Virus record (IMG/VR): IMGVR_UViG_3300032238_000944
Coordinates: 1 to 64,000 of that record
Strand: one strand, 5' to 3'
Length of the DNA stretch: 64,000 nt
Source of the DNA: a virus
A program made the translations under genes and the position numbers. This document shows positions 29,085-38,764 of this stretch, one piece after another. Each line of letters starts with the position of its first letter. Positions within the stretch are counted from its first letter, which is position 1. The notes beneath the pieces were generated by a model, which saw only the letters and a program-made list of their open reading frames with translations, had not been told where the DNA came from and ran no database searches.

Positions 29085-29624
29085 ATGAAAGACTGGACAA
29101 TCTACTGTGAGACTACCTACAACAGTCTCAGGGCCAATATTCACAACTGGGGTAAACCAGAGTTTGCTCGCCCCATCACCAGAATCTACTATATCGGTGT
29201 TTTTGATTGCGGTGTGCCCAATCCTACGGGTCTGATCAGCGAAAATGCACTCAAAAACAAAAATATAAAACAGAAGGTCGTACATGACCATTATTTGTCT
29301 CCACAATTCATTGGACGGATGATTCTGGACAATCCTGAGGTGTATTTGACCGATTTTGACAAGTTCAAATCGATTTTTTGGCAGTCTTGTCAGACCATCG
29401 TGGTCACTCAGCAGGAAAACGATGCCCTGGCTGCTCTGACATCAAATGATGGTAACATATATAAAGTTCAAGTGCCAACCTATTTGAAGTACAATCATCT
29501 TAAGATTAAATTAAATAAACGTCCAGAAAATACAATCCGATGGAATACTTCAGTTCCAATTGAATCTAACATTCTAGAGGTTCCTGAAGAACTTACACAA
29601 TATGAAAAGAGGTTTCTAGTATGA
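29085..29624 (+). CDS. Hypothetical protein, possible HNH-like nuclease
   Basis: VHDHYLSPQ and downstream C.T..VT..EN; weak. Confidence 0.4.
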   Translation: MKDWTIYCETTYNSLRANIHNWGKPEFARPITRIYYIGVFDCGVPNPTGLISENALKNKNIKQKVVHDHYLSPQFIGRMILDNPEVYLTDFDKFKSIFWQSCQTIVVTQQENDALAALTSNDGNIYKVQVPTYLKYNHLKIKLNKRPENTIRWNTSVPIESNILEVPEELTQYEKRFLV

Positions 29625-29794
29625 GAGAAGGATTCATCACGGCAGACGGTTATGCGGCTGTCCCCTGGGGCAAAAAAAACCTGATTATCCTGTATAATGG
29701 CCATCAGATAGAGACGGTAAGCACACCGCTCCAAGCACAAAAGTTCATTAAAAACCACCGCACTAATCCATCCAAAGGAACAGTATTCCTATGA
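29621..29794 (+). CDS. Hypothetical protein (57 aa) with an embedded promoter element
   Basis: Overlaps both neighbours; MREGFITADGYAAVPWG...LYNGHQI. Confidence 0.6.
   Translation: MREGFITADGYAAVPWGKKNLIILYNGHQIETVSTPLQAQKFIKNHRTNPSKGTVFL
29643..29704 (+). promoter_or_regulatory. Early-promoter repeat element copy 4 (intragenic)
   Basis: cagacggtt-atgc-ggctgtcc, TG-TATAAT 29693, GGCCA; spacing 50 nt like the other copies. Confidence 0.65.
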
Positions 29795-30198
29795 AACTCC
29801 CAGCACTACTATCTCTTGCATTGTTTGCTCCAATGCCTGTGTTTGCACAACAGACAAACATCTATCAGGTATGTACAACCTATCAAGAGAACTATGCTCC
29901 TGGATATTATGATCAGTATGGTAACTATCGTCAAGGAAATGTAAGCACTCAGGCTTATAATACTCAGTGTGGTACTGGTACATACTATCGCCCCAATACT
30001 GGTGGTACATATTATCCAACACCTGTTGTAGCTCCAGTTGCACAACCATATCGTAGGTCATGTGCTGCTGCTCCTATTGGCGCTATTCTTGGTGGTTTTG
30101 GTGCATACAAAGCAACCAGTAGTGTACCCAATCGTTGGTGGTCTGTTCCTCTAGGTGTTGTAACTGGTGGAATTGTTGGAAATGCTCTCTGTAACTAA
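29791..30198 (+). CDS. Exported protein with C-terminal glycine zipper
   Basis: Signal peptide MKLPALLSLALFAPMPVFA; IGAILGGFGA and LGVVTGGIVGNA. Confidence 0.65.
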   Translation: MKLPALLSLALFAPMPVFAQQTNIYQVCTTYQENYAPGYYDQYGNYRQGNVSTQAYNTQCGTGTYYRPNTGGTYYPTPVVAPVAQPYRRSCAAAPIGAILGGFGAYKATSSVPNRWWSVPLGVVTGGIVGNALCN

Positions 30199-30199
30199 A

Positions 30200-30394
30200 A
30201 TGAAAACTGAGTTTATTTGTGTCAAACCTAAATCATCAAAAGCAAAGAATAGATTTGCAAATATGATGGATAGTCTTCATTCTTGTCGTGTTGAACAACG
30301 CAAGGATGGTAAAGTCTTTCTTGCATCTATTAGTGGTAAATACTTCTTTTGGTTGAATGAAAGCGGTGATGATCATTGGGAAATTATAAAATAA
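30200..30394 (+). CDS. Hypothetical protein
   Basis: V.PKS.KAKNRFAN.M..LHSC motif; ATG 30200. Confidence 0.65.
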   Translation: MKTEFICVKPKSSKAKNRFANMMDSLHSCRVEQRKDGKVFLASISGKYFFWLNESGDDHWEIIK

Positions 30395-30927
30395 TGGAAC
30401 ATATGTTCTATGTTCCATTATTTCACTATAAAGTGGAAAATTGGACTTATAAAAAAAAATTTCTACTTGAACTATATGATTCAATTAAAACAGAATGTGA
30501 AATAAAAAAAGATACGACGGTAATTACAAATTATCATCAAAATCATAAAAAATTAGTTCAAGATATTGCATATATTTTTTATTCCGAAATAAAAGAATTT
30601 GCTGAATCTGTTGAAATATCAAAATATGATGTTAAAGATGCTTGGTTTGAAAAATCTTACAGAAATAACTATCACGGGATTCATAATCACGGACCAATTG
30701 GTTATTCCTCAGTTTGTTTTATAAATTATGATGAAAATGAACACAGTCCAACTCAATTTGTATCTCCGTTCAATAATTTTATGAATGGATCTACATTGAT
30801 TCATAGTCCTCAAAATATAACAGAAGGATCTATTATATTTTTTCCATCTATTATAAATCATTATACAGATCCAAATCAATGCGATAAAGAAAGATTGATA
30901 GTATCTTTTAATTTAAACTTTACTTAA
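30394..30927 (+). CDS. 2OG-Fe(II) oxygenase (TIGR02466-like)
   Basis: H.IHNHG, EGSI.FFPS.I.HYT, RLIVSFN. Confidence 0.85.
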   Translation: MEHMFYVPLFHYKVENWTYKKKFLLELYDSIKTECEIKKDTTVITNYHQNHKKLVQDIAYIFYSEIKEFAESVEISKYDVKDAWFEKSYRNNYHGIHNHGPIGYSSVCFINYDENEHSPTQFVSPFNNFMNGSTLIHSPQNITEGSIIFFPSIINHYTDPNQCDKERLIVSFNLNFT

Positions 30928-32300
30928 ATGGATAAATCAGAAAAACGTAACCGAGCACTAGGTCTTTTTGTTGAAAGTGTACTCAAACCAGATCCAGAAC
31001 TTCGCCAATGCTCTCACAATCAAGAGTGCTTTAATGAACTGCTTGAATGGAGATCTGAAGTTCTTGAGTATCTACAAAAACGAAGAGAAGAGGAATTTGG
31101 TTAATGAGCCCATACTACATCTATTTCATCATTTTTACTTGTATCGCATACTTAATTGTAACTGATGCAAGTGTTGCAAGACTATTTGTTCTTCTGATGG
31201 GAATTGCAAGAATAGAGTATGAAAAGATAAAGTGGTGGGTTCTTCACAATCCTGCAAATCCGATTGTTAAGTATCTAATGTGGCGAAGATCTTGGAAACT
31301 TGCAAAAGAATTGGAGAAAGAATTTAGCTCTCGTAATGATATATGAAGCAGCAACCTTATCATGTCCTAGATAGTACGACACCTTGGTATGAACTCTTGA
31401 GTTATTTGGAATGTTGTGCTAGCCTGGGTGTTGAACCATCACTCACTAGATGGATTCGGTACACTAATTATTACAGGAGTGTGTCAAATGTCAAGAACAT
31501 ATCGCAAAGTTGAATACATTCACAGTGGAGCATTTAGGCATCCACATACAGAGAATGAACGCAAACAACTTGACGGAATTATTCATGATGTAGAACTTGA
31601 ATTAGACTATAAAGTTTCTGGATTGAACCACATGAAGGCACGGGAGCATCAGTTGCCTTCAACATATGATGACAAAGTAGTAAGTGCTTATTATGAATCT
31701 GACCACATGGCCTACGGAACCTAGTTTACTTGATCGCATAGCATCTTTAGAATATGAGAATGTTGAAACTTCCAACTGTCTCTATGAAATATATACATCC
31801 ATAGAGACACTGGAGAATGTTAAAATGTATGAAGAACTGACACAATTTGAAAGGGCATTGGCAAGATTTGGTGATAAAGTTGCTTTAATTGCTGGACTTG
31901 AAATTGCTGATAAAATTACTCCCGAAGATGCTTACCAACAAATTAAAACTCTTTATAAAGAACTCAAATCCCTTCGCAAAAAAGAACGTGATGATTGGGA
32001 ATATCCCGACAATTAGATCCTGTTCTAAATGTAAAGAAACCAAACCACTTGATTTAAATCATTATCAACAAGTGAAATACTTTTCAAGTGGTTTTTCCTA
32101 TTATTGTAATGACTGTAACAAACCAAAGAAAAATGACTGAACAAGATGATGGACTGAAGGTAACAGAGAATGGTGATGGATCATTCACTTTAGAGTGGGA
32201 TGAAAAAGATCCACGCTGGTCAATGCTGAATGGGTTGACACAAGAAGAAGTTACTGCTATACTAACCGAAGGTCTTCAAAAAATGCTTGATAATGACTGA
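30928..32300 (+). other. Run of small coupled hypothetical genes (e.g. 31104-31346, 31488-31724, a CxxC zinc ribbon ending 32140, an acidic ORF ending 32300)
   Basis: Tightly packed short + strand ORFs with overlapping start/stop codons. Confidence 0.55.
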
Positions 32301-32820
32301 CTACAAAAAATACTCATTGGGCCAAGTTGAGAACTTTCTGTATGATGCAATGAGTACAGATGCAACACCAAAAGAAATCTATGATGTCATTAAAGGTGTT
32401 GTTGAAGATAACTATAATACCTATAAGGTACAGACAGAAAAAGCGAGTGAACTTCTTGCTCTGCTGAATGGCCATCGTCCTGTAGATTTTGACTTTTGTG
32501 ATAAAGATGACCCATCACCTGAATGTAAAAAGTCTTGGAATGACTTCTGGGAAGAAAATTACTGTTCAGAAGAACACCAACAGTACACAGAAGAAGAACT
32601 AAATGCAATGTGTGATGCTGCTGAAGCAAAAGATAAAGTAGTTAAGTGGTCTCTTCCTGTTGAAGCAGATCCAAGTGGTGAATACTTTGTAACTTTCCCT
32701 GATGATTTGTTAGAAGCAGCAGATCTTAAAGAGGGTGATCAAGTTGAATGGATTGCTCAAGATGGTGGATCTTATCTTCTTAAAAAAATAACTAACCCAC
32801 TTGGAATGGAAAAATGTTGA
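32293..32820 (+). CDS. Protein with C-terminal AbrB/MazE/SpoVT DNA-binding domain
   Basis: YFVTFPDDLLEAADLKEGDQVEW...GSYLLKK. Confidence 0.75.
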   Translation: MTDYKKYSLGQVENFLYDAMSTDATPKEIYDVIKGVVEDNYNTYKVQTEKASELLALLNGHRPVDFDFCDKDDPSPECKKSWNDFWEENYCSEEHQQYTEEELNAMCDAAEAKDKVVKWSLPVEADPSGEYFVTFPDDLLEAADLKEGDQVEWIAQDGGSYLLKKITNPLGMEKC

Positions 32821-32853
32821 TGGTTTTTGGATTAAAGATTGGGAGTTGATAAA

Positions 32854-33477
32854 ATGGCTTTTCAATCTATATGGTATTATACAAATCTTGATCCTCGTAT
32901 TGTAGATATTATTGAGGAAGATTTGAGCAAAACTTATGACTCATCTTTCACCGAATCCTTGATTAAACACAAAAATACTAGTATCTTAGACAAAAATGTG
33001 AGAAATTCTCATCATGCTTGGATTCCCACAAATCATTGGATATCTGGATTTATTTGGCATTATGCTCATAAAGCAAATAAAGAAAATTTTCTTTATGAAT
33101 TGGATCATATTGTCACATCTTTACAATATACCATATACCAACAAGGTCAGTTTTATAAATGGCATACTGATCAATCAACAGATAAGTTTTATAAACCTTT
33201 ACCATCCAATACTGATGAAAATCTAAAAGAAAATTTTTTAAATCAAAATACAGAATCAGTTCGTAAATTGTCTGGTGTTTTGCAACTATCTGATCCCAAT
33301 GATTATGAGGGTGGTGAATTGCAGATTATGGCAGAAGATGGTAGTTCATATTTTGCTCCAAAGGAACAGGGAACAATAATTTTCTTTGATTCTAGATCTA
33401 ATCATAGAGTTAGAAAAGTTGCCAAAGGAATTAGGAAAAGTTTAGTCTTTTGGGTAAAAGGCCCGAGATGGAAATGA
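32854..33477 (+). CDS. 2OG-Fe(II) oxygenase (prolyl-hydroxylase-like)
   Basis: FYKWHTD, RKLS..LQLSDP.DYEGG, FDSR..HRV, RKSLV.W..GP. Confidence 0.92.
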   Translation: MAFQSIWYYTNLDPRIVDIIEEDLSKTYDSSFTESLIKHKNTSILDKNVRNSHHAWIPTNHWISGFIWHYAHKANKENFLYELDHIVTSLQYTIYQQGQFYKWHTDQSTDKFYKPLPSNTDENLKENFLNQNTESVRKLSGVLQLSDPNDYEGGELQIMAEDGSSYFAPKEQGTIIFFDSRSNHRVRKVAKGIRKSLVFWVKGPRWK

Positions 33478-33654
33478 ATGATAAAGAGGAAGGAATCTAT
33501 CCTACTGGTTTATCTGATGGATGTTCATGATTCTCTTTGGTTTTATTATCACAATAATTTTATTAAGTAGTGTAAAGCAATCCCAAAGAGAATCTTAAGC
33601 AATCTTCATTCTCCTAGATATTGTGTTAGGATAGCAACATAATACTTGGACACA

Positions 33655-33828
33655 ATGACACTTGCAAAAACTGGTTCGGCAGACCTTACAACCGAAGAAT
33701 GGAATGAATTAGTTGCACTTAAAGAAGCAATTAACTATTCTCCACAAACTGTAAGTCCAGAGAAAATGGAAAAGTTTACTGAGCTTATGGTAAGATCCTT
33801 AGAAGGTAAAGGAAATAGGCCAGTTTAA
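33655..33828 (+). CDS. Hypothetical protein
   Basis: LTTEEWNELVALK...KMEKFTELMVRSL; stop supplied by the repeat element. Confidence 0.6.
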   Translation: MTLAKTGSADLTTEEWNELVALKEAINYSPQTVSPEKMEKFTELMVRSLEGKGNRPV

Positions 33829-33886
33829 GAAGTGGCACATGGCAGTTCCACCTGCTCCCATTTTGCTGTATATTGGCCATGTTGAG
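33817..33886 (+). promoter_or_regulatory. Early-promoter repeat element copy 5
   Basis: aggccagtt-taag-aagtggcac, TG-TATATT 33869, GGCCATGTTGAG. Confidence 0.88.
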
Positions 33887-33897
33887 ATAAACACTAC

Positions 33898-34305
33898 ATG
33901 GCAACCCGCTCTCGCATTGGTATCGAACTTCGTGACGGTTCTATTCTGTCTGCCTATCATCATTGGGATGGCTATCCTTCCTGGTTGGGTCGCATTCTGA
34001 AGACTCACTACAATAGCAAAGAACTCGCTGCCGAACTGATTGATGGTGGCGATATGAGTTCTGCATGGACTAATGCAGGTTTCAAAAATGAAACTGTTGC
34101 TCAAGGTGCTCTTTATTATTCTTCCCGTGGTGAAGATTGCCCTCCTCGCCTTGATAAGAACTCAGGTGAGTTCTTGACTAAAGATGCTGAAGAATATGCA
34201 TATCTTTATACTGAATCTGAAGGTTGGTTGTGCTATGATACTTGCGATTGGCATGAAACTTATCTTGAAAGTCAAGAAATCCCCTCTGTTGCTCTTGCTG
34301 TATGA
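33898..34305 (+). CDS. Conserved phage early protein
   Basis: MATRSRIG...YHHWDGYP..LG..L...Y, EEYAYL motif. Confidence 0.75.
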   Translation: MATRSRIGIELRDGSILSAYHHWDGYPSWLGRILKTHYNSKELAAELIDGGDMSSAWTNAGFKNETVAQGALYYSSRGEDCPPRLDKNSGEFLTKDAEEYAYLYTESEGWLCYDTCDWHETYLESQEIPSVALAV

Positions 34306-34459
34306 CTGAAACTTCAATTAAATTGAATAAAGATGAATTGACTGTGCTTATTAGTTCTCTGAACTATATGTCACAACCAAATGAAGTTTACTTGCAAATG
34401 AATTATACAAATGTCAATCGTCTGTATAATAAACTATTCTCTTTGTATGAGGGCTTGAA

Positions 34460-35026
34460 ATGACTTACAACGCAAAAGTAAAACTCTGTTACATCAATGA
34501 TAGTGATGTAACTCCAAGTAAGTATTTTCCTGAACTTGTTGATAGACAAACCATCACTGTAGAAGCACCTGCAAGTGACTTGAATGTTCATCAGTATTTT
34601 GAATTATTCAAGGGATTTCTTCGTGCTGTTGGATTTACTGATTATAACATTATGGATGCTGGATGTCGTCTGGCATTCAATGATAGTAATGATGAAGCAC
34701 AGATGAAGAAGTTGATGGAAGAATATGAACTGCAAGATAGGCAGGGATATGATGCTGACGATATTCTTGCTATGGAGGAAGAAATCCGCCAACTGAAAGA
34801 AAAACTTGCAAGGGTTCTTCCAGAGCAATATGTTGAGGAATATACTGATGAAGATGCTCCAAGAGATGATGGAACATCTTGGAATAAACCTTGGGGAGAT
34901 TTAGTTCCTGGTTCAGATCAAGCATATAAAGCAGGTTGCAAGTGTCCAATTCTTGATAATCAAAATATGCCTGAAGGTAAAAAATGGGTGAATGGTGATT
35001 GTCCTCTTCATGGTAATGTAAAATGA
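34460..35026 (+). CDS. Hypothetical protein with C-terminal Cys/His cluster
   Basis: GCKCP..DN...CPLHG. Confidence 0.65.
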   Translation: MTYNAKVKLCYINDSDVTPSKYFPELVDRQTITVEAPASDLNVHQYFELFKGFLRAVGFTDYNIMDAGCRLAFNDSNDEAQMKKLMEEYELQDRQGYDADDILAMEEEIRQLKEKLARVLPEQYVEEYTDEDAPRDDGTSWNKPWGDLVPGSDQAYKAGCKCPILDNQNMPEGKKWVNGDCPLHGNVK

Positions 35027-35725
35027 GATTTGAAAACCCAACAAAATGGGAACTTTTTCTTGATGGATTCCACTATATCTGCTCTGCCCTTGAAGCCTAT
35101 AATGCTGGTGATTACTGGGGAATGAAAGAGTTTTGGGAAACTATCAATGTTGGATGGTATTATGAATATATCTACCCATATGATGACCCATTTGTTATAC
35201 ACATTCCTTCCCCTGAACGTAAACTAAGGTTAGCAGAATGAACAATCTTGATTATTACAGGGCAGTATTATTTGGTGCTGTAGTTGCTGCATTCTTTCTT
35301 TCTATGTTTTATGTCTTCACAAGAGAAGATAAACCACAAAAACCTCAAAGCAACTTTGAGGTAGTGGATTCATACAAAGGATGTGATGTTGTGCGTTATA
35401 CTAATCCAAATCTTGCAAACTATCAATATTTCTTGGACTGCAGAAAATGAAACTCTTTCAAGTAGCAAAGTTTTATGTAAGAGAGGATTATGGTAAGGAA
35501 TATTGTCTATCACTCTTCCTTACAGAAAAATATTCACTCTTACAAGTTGCTTTTGATATTGGTGAGTATGGTTCTTGGATAGAGTTTCCTTATCTACAAA
35601 TCTCTATGGGTTATGGAAAGTTATTCTCATTCTTATTCACTTTGGGAAAATTAGGTTTCACTTTTGATATTGCTGGTAGAAATTGGAGAGATAAGCACTT
35701 TTATGTTCAAGGAAGTGAAGAATGA
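35023..35725 (+). other. Three small coupled hypothetical genes (35023-35241; 35238-35450 with a TM helix; 35447-35725)
   Basis: ATGA-type overlaps. Confidence 0.65.
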
Positions 35726-36000
35726 GTAGATTTCAAGAAAATCTTGATGAACAATTCTTAAAAGAAACGGCAACCAAAGTAGCAAATGTTCTTCATATGC
35801 CTTTAGGTGAAATTGAACCGTTAAAGCTTATAGAATTGTTCTCGTGTCTTTATATTCTTATGGGTGGTGATGAAGAACTTATGATACATTGGTTGAATAC
35901 TCATAACAATCATCTTGGGTTTAATCCTGCTGCAAGATTGACAGATGAACAATCTATGAATAAAATTATAGGATACTTAGAGAGTATGTGTTATCACTGA
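35722..36000 (+). CDS. Xre/MbcA/ParS-type antitoxin toxin-binding domain (DUF2384-like)
   Basis: L..LMGGDEE....WLNT.N..LG..PA..L.......I..YL pattern. Confidence 0.7.
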   Translation: MSRFQENLDEQFLKETATKVANVLHMPLGEIEPLKLIELFSCLYILMGGDEELMIHWLNTHNNHLGFNPAARLTDEQSMNKIIGYLESMCYH

Positions 36001-36383
36001 TGACTTATTCTAAACCACTTCTAGGCACAAACAAAAAGAAAACCAAAATGACTTGGGCAGAGTATATCTTCACACATCTCATTCCTACTTGGTTTCAATC
36101 ATTCAATGATAACTTTGTGATGTGGAGAGATCTTGTAACTGGTGATTATGAGAAGTATGTTCTTCTCAAAAATGATGATCCATTTCAAGAATGTTATGAT
36201 TGGTTTTGGTGCAGTATCAATCTTGATGAAACATATTCCAAAGAGTTTCTTGAGTATCTAATGCAAATGGTAGATGATATTGAAACTGGTAAAGAAAAAG
36301 TCTATCCGATGGATGAAGTTTTTGATAGAGTTAGAAATCTTGTTGGAGATTTGATTGATGATGAAACCTCTAAACCAACTTAA
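36000..36383 (+). CDS. Hypothetical protein
   Basis: C..WFW.S...DE...KEFLEYL..MV.DI.TGK motif. Confidence 0.65.
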   Translation: MTYSKPLLGTNKKKTKMTWAEYIFTHLIPTWFQSFNDNFVMWRDLVTGDYEKYVLLKNDDPFQECYDWFWCSINLDETYSKEFLEYLMQMVDDIETGKEKVYPMDEVFDRVRNLVGDLIDDETSKPT

Positions 36384-36579
36384 ATCTGGTGATACTGGTG
36401 AGATTGTAAAGATTTCTTGTCCGCATACTTTATTGTTTCGTATGAATGCATTAGGTATTCGTACTGGCCAAAAAATAAAAGTATTAAGAACTGGGTGGTT
36501 TCGTCCTATACATATTTGTATCTCCACAACAGAGATGTTTATTCGCAGAAAAGATGCTAAAAACATTTGGATAGACTAA
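36361..36579 (+). CDS. feoA: FeoA family (ferrous iron transport protein A, SH3-like)
   Basis: L..LK.G..G.I..I......RM.ALGI..G..IKV.R......PI.I.......IR..DA..I.I FeoA pattern, 72 aa. Confidence 0.8.
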   Translation: MKPLNQLKSGDTGEIVKISCPHTLLFRMNALGIRTGQKIKVLRTGWFRPIHICISTTEMFIRRKDAKNIWID

Positions 36580-37485
36580 TGGCAAACTTCAATGTAGAAC
36601 AACAAAAAATAATCTATAATGCTGTTCGTTATTATCAAATCAATCGCGTTACATTAGACAGCAAATTATATAAAGACTGCGATGCAATTCTAAATGAATT
36701 ATTTCCAACTGTAATACAGCATGTGCCAGTTGATCAAGAGGCCCCTGCAAACACAACAAAACCTGGAACTACTGTATAGTGGCTACATGGACAAACAAAC
36801 TAAATTGTTATTTGCATTGTCACAAATTGAAAATGTTTCTAATTTGATTAAAGACAATGAGTATGAAAGTTATCTCATTCGTCATATTATCTCTGTTCAA
36901 TCTGAATTACAACGTCAGTTGACAAATCTTACACAATCCATTACAATTAAGGAGTAATTTACAAACACAAATGAAACAGATTTATCTTGTTGACTACTGG
37001 GTTCCTTTTCCTTCCTCTGAATATGGTGGAATCATCAATGTCATTGCAGAAAATGATAATGAATGTCACGATCTGTTGGTAAACTATGGTGGTTTTGATG
37101 ACATCTACAATGATCGCATCATGACAAATGTAGCAAAAGCATCACGGTTTGAACTTGTTAATCAAGAAGAAGAATCTCGTATCGTTGACGCATTTTTGAC
37201 CTAATGGATTTTGAGTTTCCTCATACTGCACCACAAGGATGTTACTATGAAATTGAACAATTCAAACGTAATGTTCTTTCTATTTGGTTGTGTAATAACC
37301 GCGAGTTTGATTACAATCTTGGTAAACCAACAAAAACAATCTGGGGATTCTACAATTCAAAGAAACGTGAGTATTATGCACCAATCAATTCAAAAACAGT
37401 TGGTAAAGCAGTAGAAATCAATCATACTCGTAACTTTACGGCTATGCAAATCAAACAAACAGTTTTGGAACAATGCTTTTCGTAG
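36579..37485 (+). other. Four small hypothetical genes (36579-36779, 36787-36957, 36971-37204, 37204-37485)
   Basis: Coupled ORFs; internal promoter TTGACA-17-TACAAT at 36919-36947. Confidence 0.6.
36723..36789 (+). promoter_or_regulatory. Early-promoter repeat element copy 6 (degenerate, intragenic)
   Basis: gtgccagtt-gatc-aagaggccc, TG-TATAGT 36775, GGCTAC-ATG. Confidence 0.6.
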
Positions 37486-37645
37486 AAGGAACATCTGTAT
37501 CATATAAAGATATTATTGGTGTTGTTTCGTTTTGTAGTAAAGGGTACGTTTCAATTTTAATCAAGAAAGGAAATCATCCTTCACAAGATGTAAATGTTGT
37601 GGTATATCAAAGTGATTTCAAAAACATTCATTTGCTTGACGAAAA

Positions 37646-38233
37646 ATGAATATAATCAACTATACACTATTTCCAACGATTGTCACTGAAGTTGAATGTG
37701 ATCTATTCAAATACATTCAAGGTGATTTAATTCGTTGGATTTATAACTACAAATCTAAAACTGAAAGTGTAGTGTATAGTAATCGTGGAGGGTGGCAATC
37801 TCCAAACGATTTTCACAATGATCCTTCGTTTTCTGAGTTTAGAAATTATATTGTAACAAATGCAAATCATGCACTTTGTTATTATAATTGCCAATTTAGT
37901 TTAGACAACATGTGGATCAATATAAACAAAAAAGGTGATTATAACATTTGCCATGATCATCCTGCATCCACAATGTCAGGTGTAATCTGGATTAAAACAC
38001 CAGAAAATTGTGGTAAATTGAGTTTTCGTTCACCTCACGAATATGTTGAACATTCTTTATTAAAATGTGCTGATGAAGATGTAAAAAAAGAAAGAAATTA
38101 TCGTGATACATTTGATTTTATGCCAAAAGAAGGAACTATGATATTATTTGCATCACATTTAATGCATTGGGTAGAGATGAATGAATCTGATGAGGATAGA
38201 ATCTCAATTGCATTTAATTTGAATATTGTATGA
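37646..38233 (+). CDS. 2OG-Fe(II) oxygenase (TIGR02466 family)
   Basis: SN.GGWQS, W.NIN..G.YN..HDHP, SGV, L.H.V..N....RISIAFN. Confidence 0.9.
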   Translation: MNIINYTLFPTIVTEVECDLFKYIQGDLIRWIYNYKSKTESVVYSNRGGWQSPNDFHNDPSFSEFRNYIVTNANHALCYYNCQFSLDNMWININKKGDYNICHDHPASTMSGVIWIKTPENCGKLSFRSPHEYVEHSLLKCADEDVKKERNYRDTFDFMPKEGTMILFASHLMHWVEMNESDEDRISIAFNLNIV

Positions 38234-38469
38234 AACAACGTAAAAACTTGTGGAGATTGTGGGCAAAATCATTAGGTGAAAAAGCATCTAAATGTGATCG
38301 TGAGAGTGACACAATCGCTTTCATTCGTTCTTTCATCTTTATCACATATCTTATCACCAACTGTTTTATCATTTATGGTGTAGTTCGTACTCATATATTT
38401 CCAAAAACACAAAATCCAATTAAATGTATTGTCATTAATAAATATGAATACGCTAAGAAAGTTCTATGA
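38230..38469 (+). CDS. Small membrane protein
   Basis: WRLWAKSLGEKA...hydrophobic TNCFII.GV. Confidence 0.65.
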   Translation: MKQRKNLWRLWAKSLGEKASKCDRESDTIAFIRSFIFITYLITNCFIIYGVVRTHIFPKTQNPIKCIVINKYEYAKKVL

Positions 38470-38669
38470 AATCCTTCCATCAATTTTTTGAAGATTTGGG
38501 TGAAAGAAGGCAACAACTTGCTCAAAGACAAAGAGATAAAGTTGTTGCATTCAAAGATAGAGCAAAAGCAAACATACAAAAACAAGCAGCAACTCATGCG
38601 GCTATTAAAAAACGTTATGATGCTATGCAACAAGAAAGAGCAGAAAGAATGGCAAACAAATCTAGATAA
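38466..38669 (+). CDS. Putative capsid internal protein
   Basis: Late promoter at 38438; N-terminus MKSFHQFFE resembles the T4 capsid-targeting sequence; basic, helical. Confidence 0.6.
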   Translation: MKSFHQFFEDLGERRQQLAQRQRDKVVAFKDRAKANIQKQAATHAAIKKRYDAMQQERAERMANKSR

Positions 38670-38703
38670 ATAATGGTGCTTATGTGTTTGGCGACTTATA
38701 AGC

Positions 38704-38731
38704 AGAAAGGGGGCAGAAATGCTCCTTTTCT
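38704..38731 (+). terminator. GNRA-capped hairpin / terminator
   Basis: AGAAAGGGGGCA-GAAA-TGCTCCTTTTCT. Confidence 0.75.
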
Positions 38732-38764
38732 TGTATAAATACTAATGCCAAACATATAAAGCAG

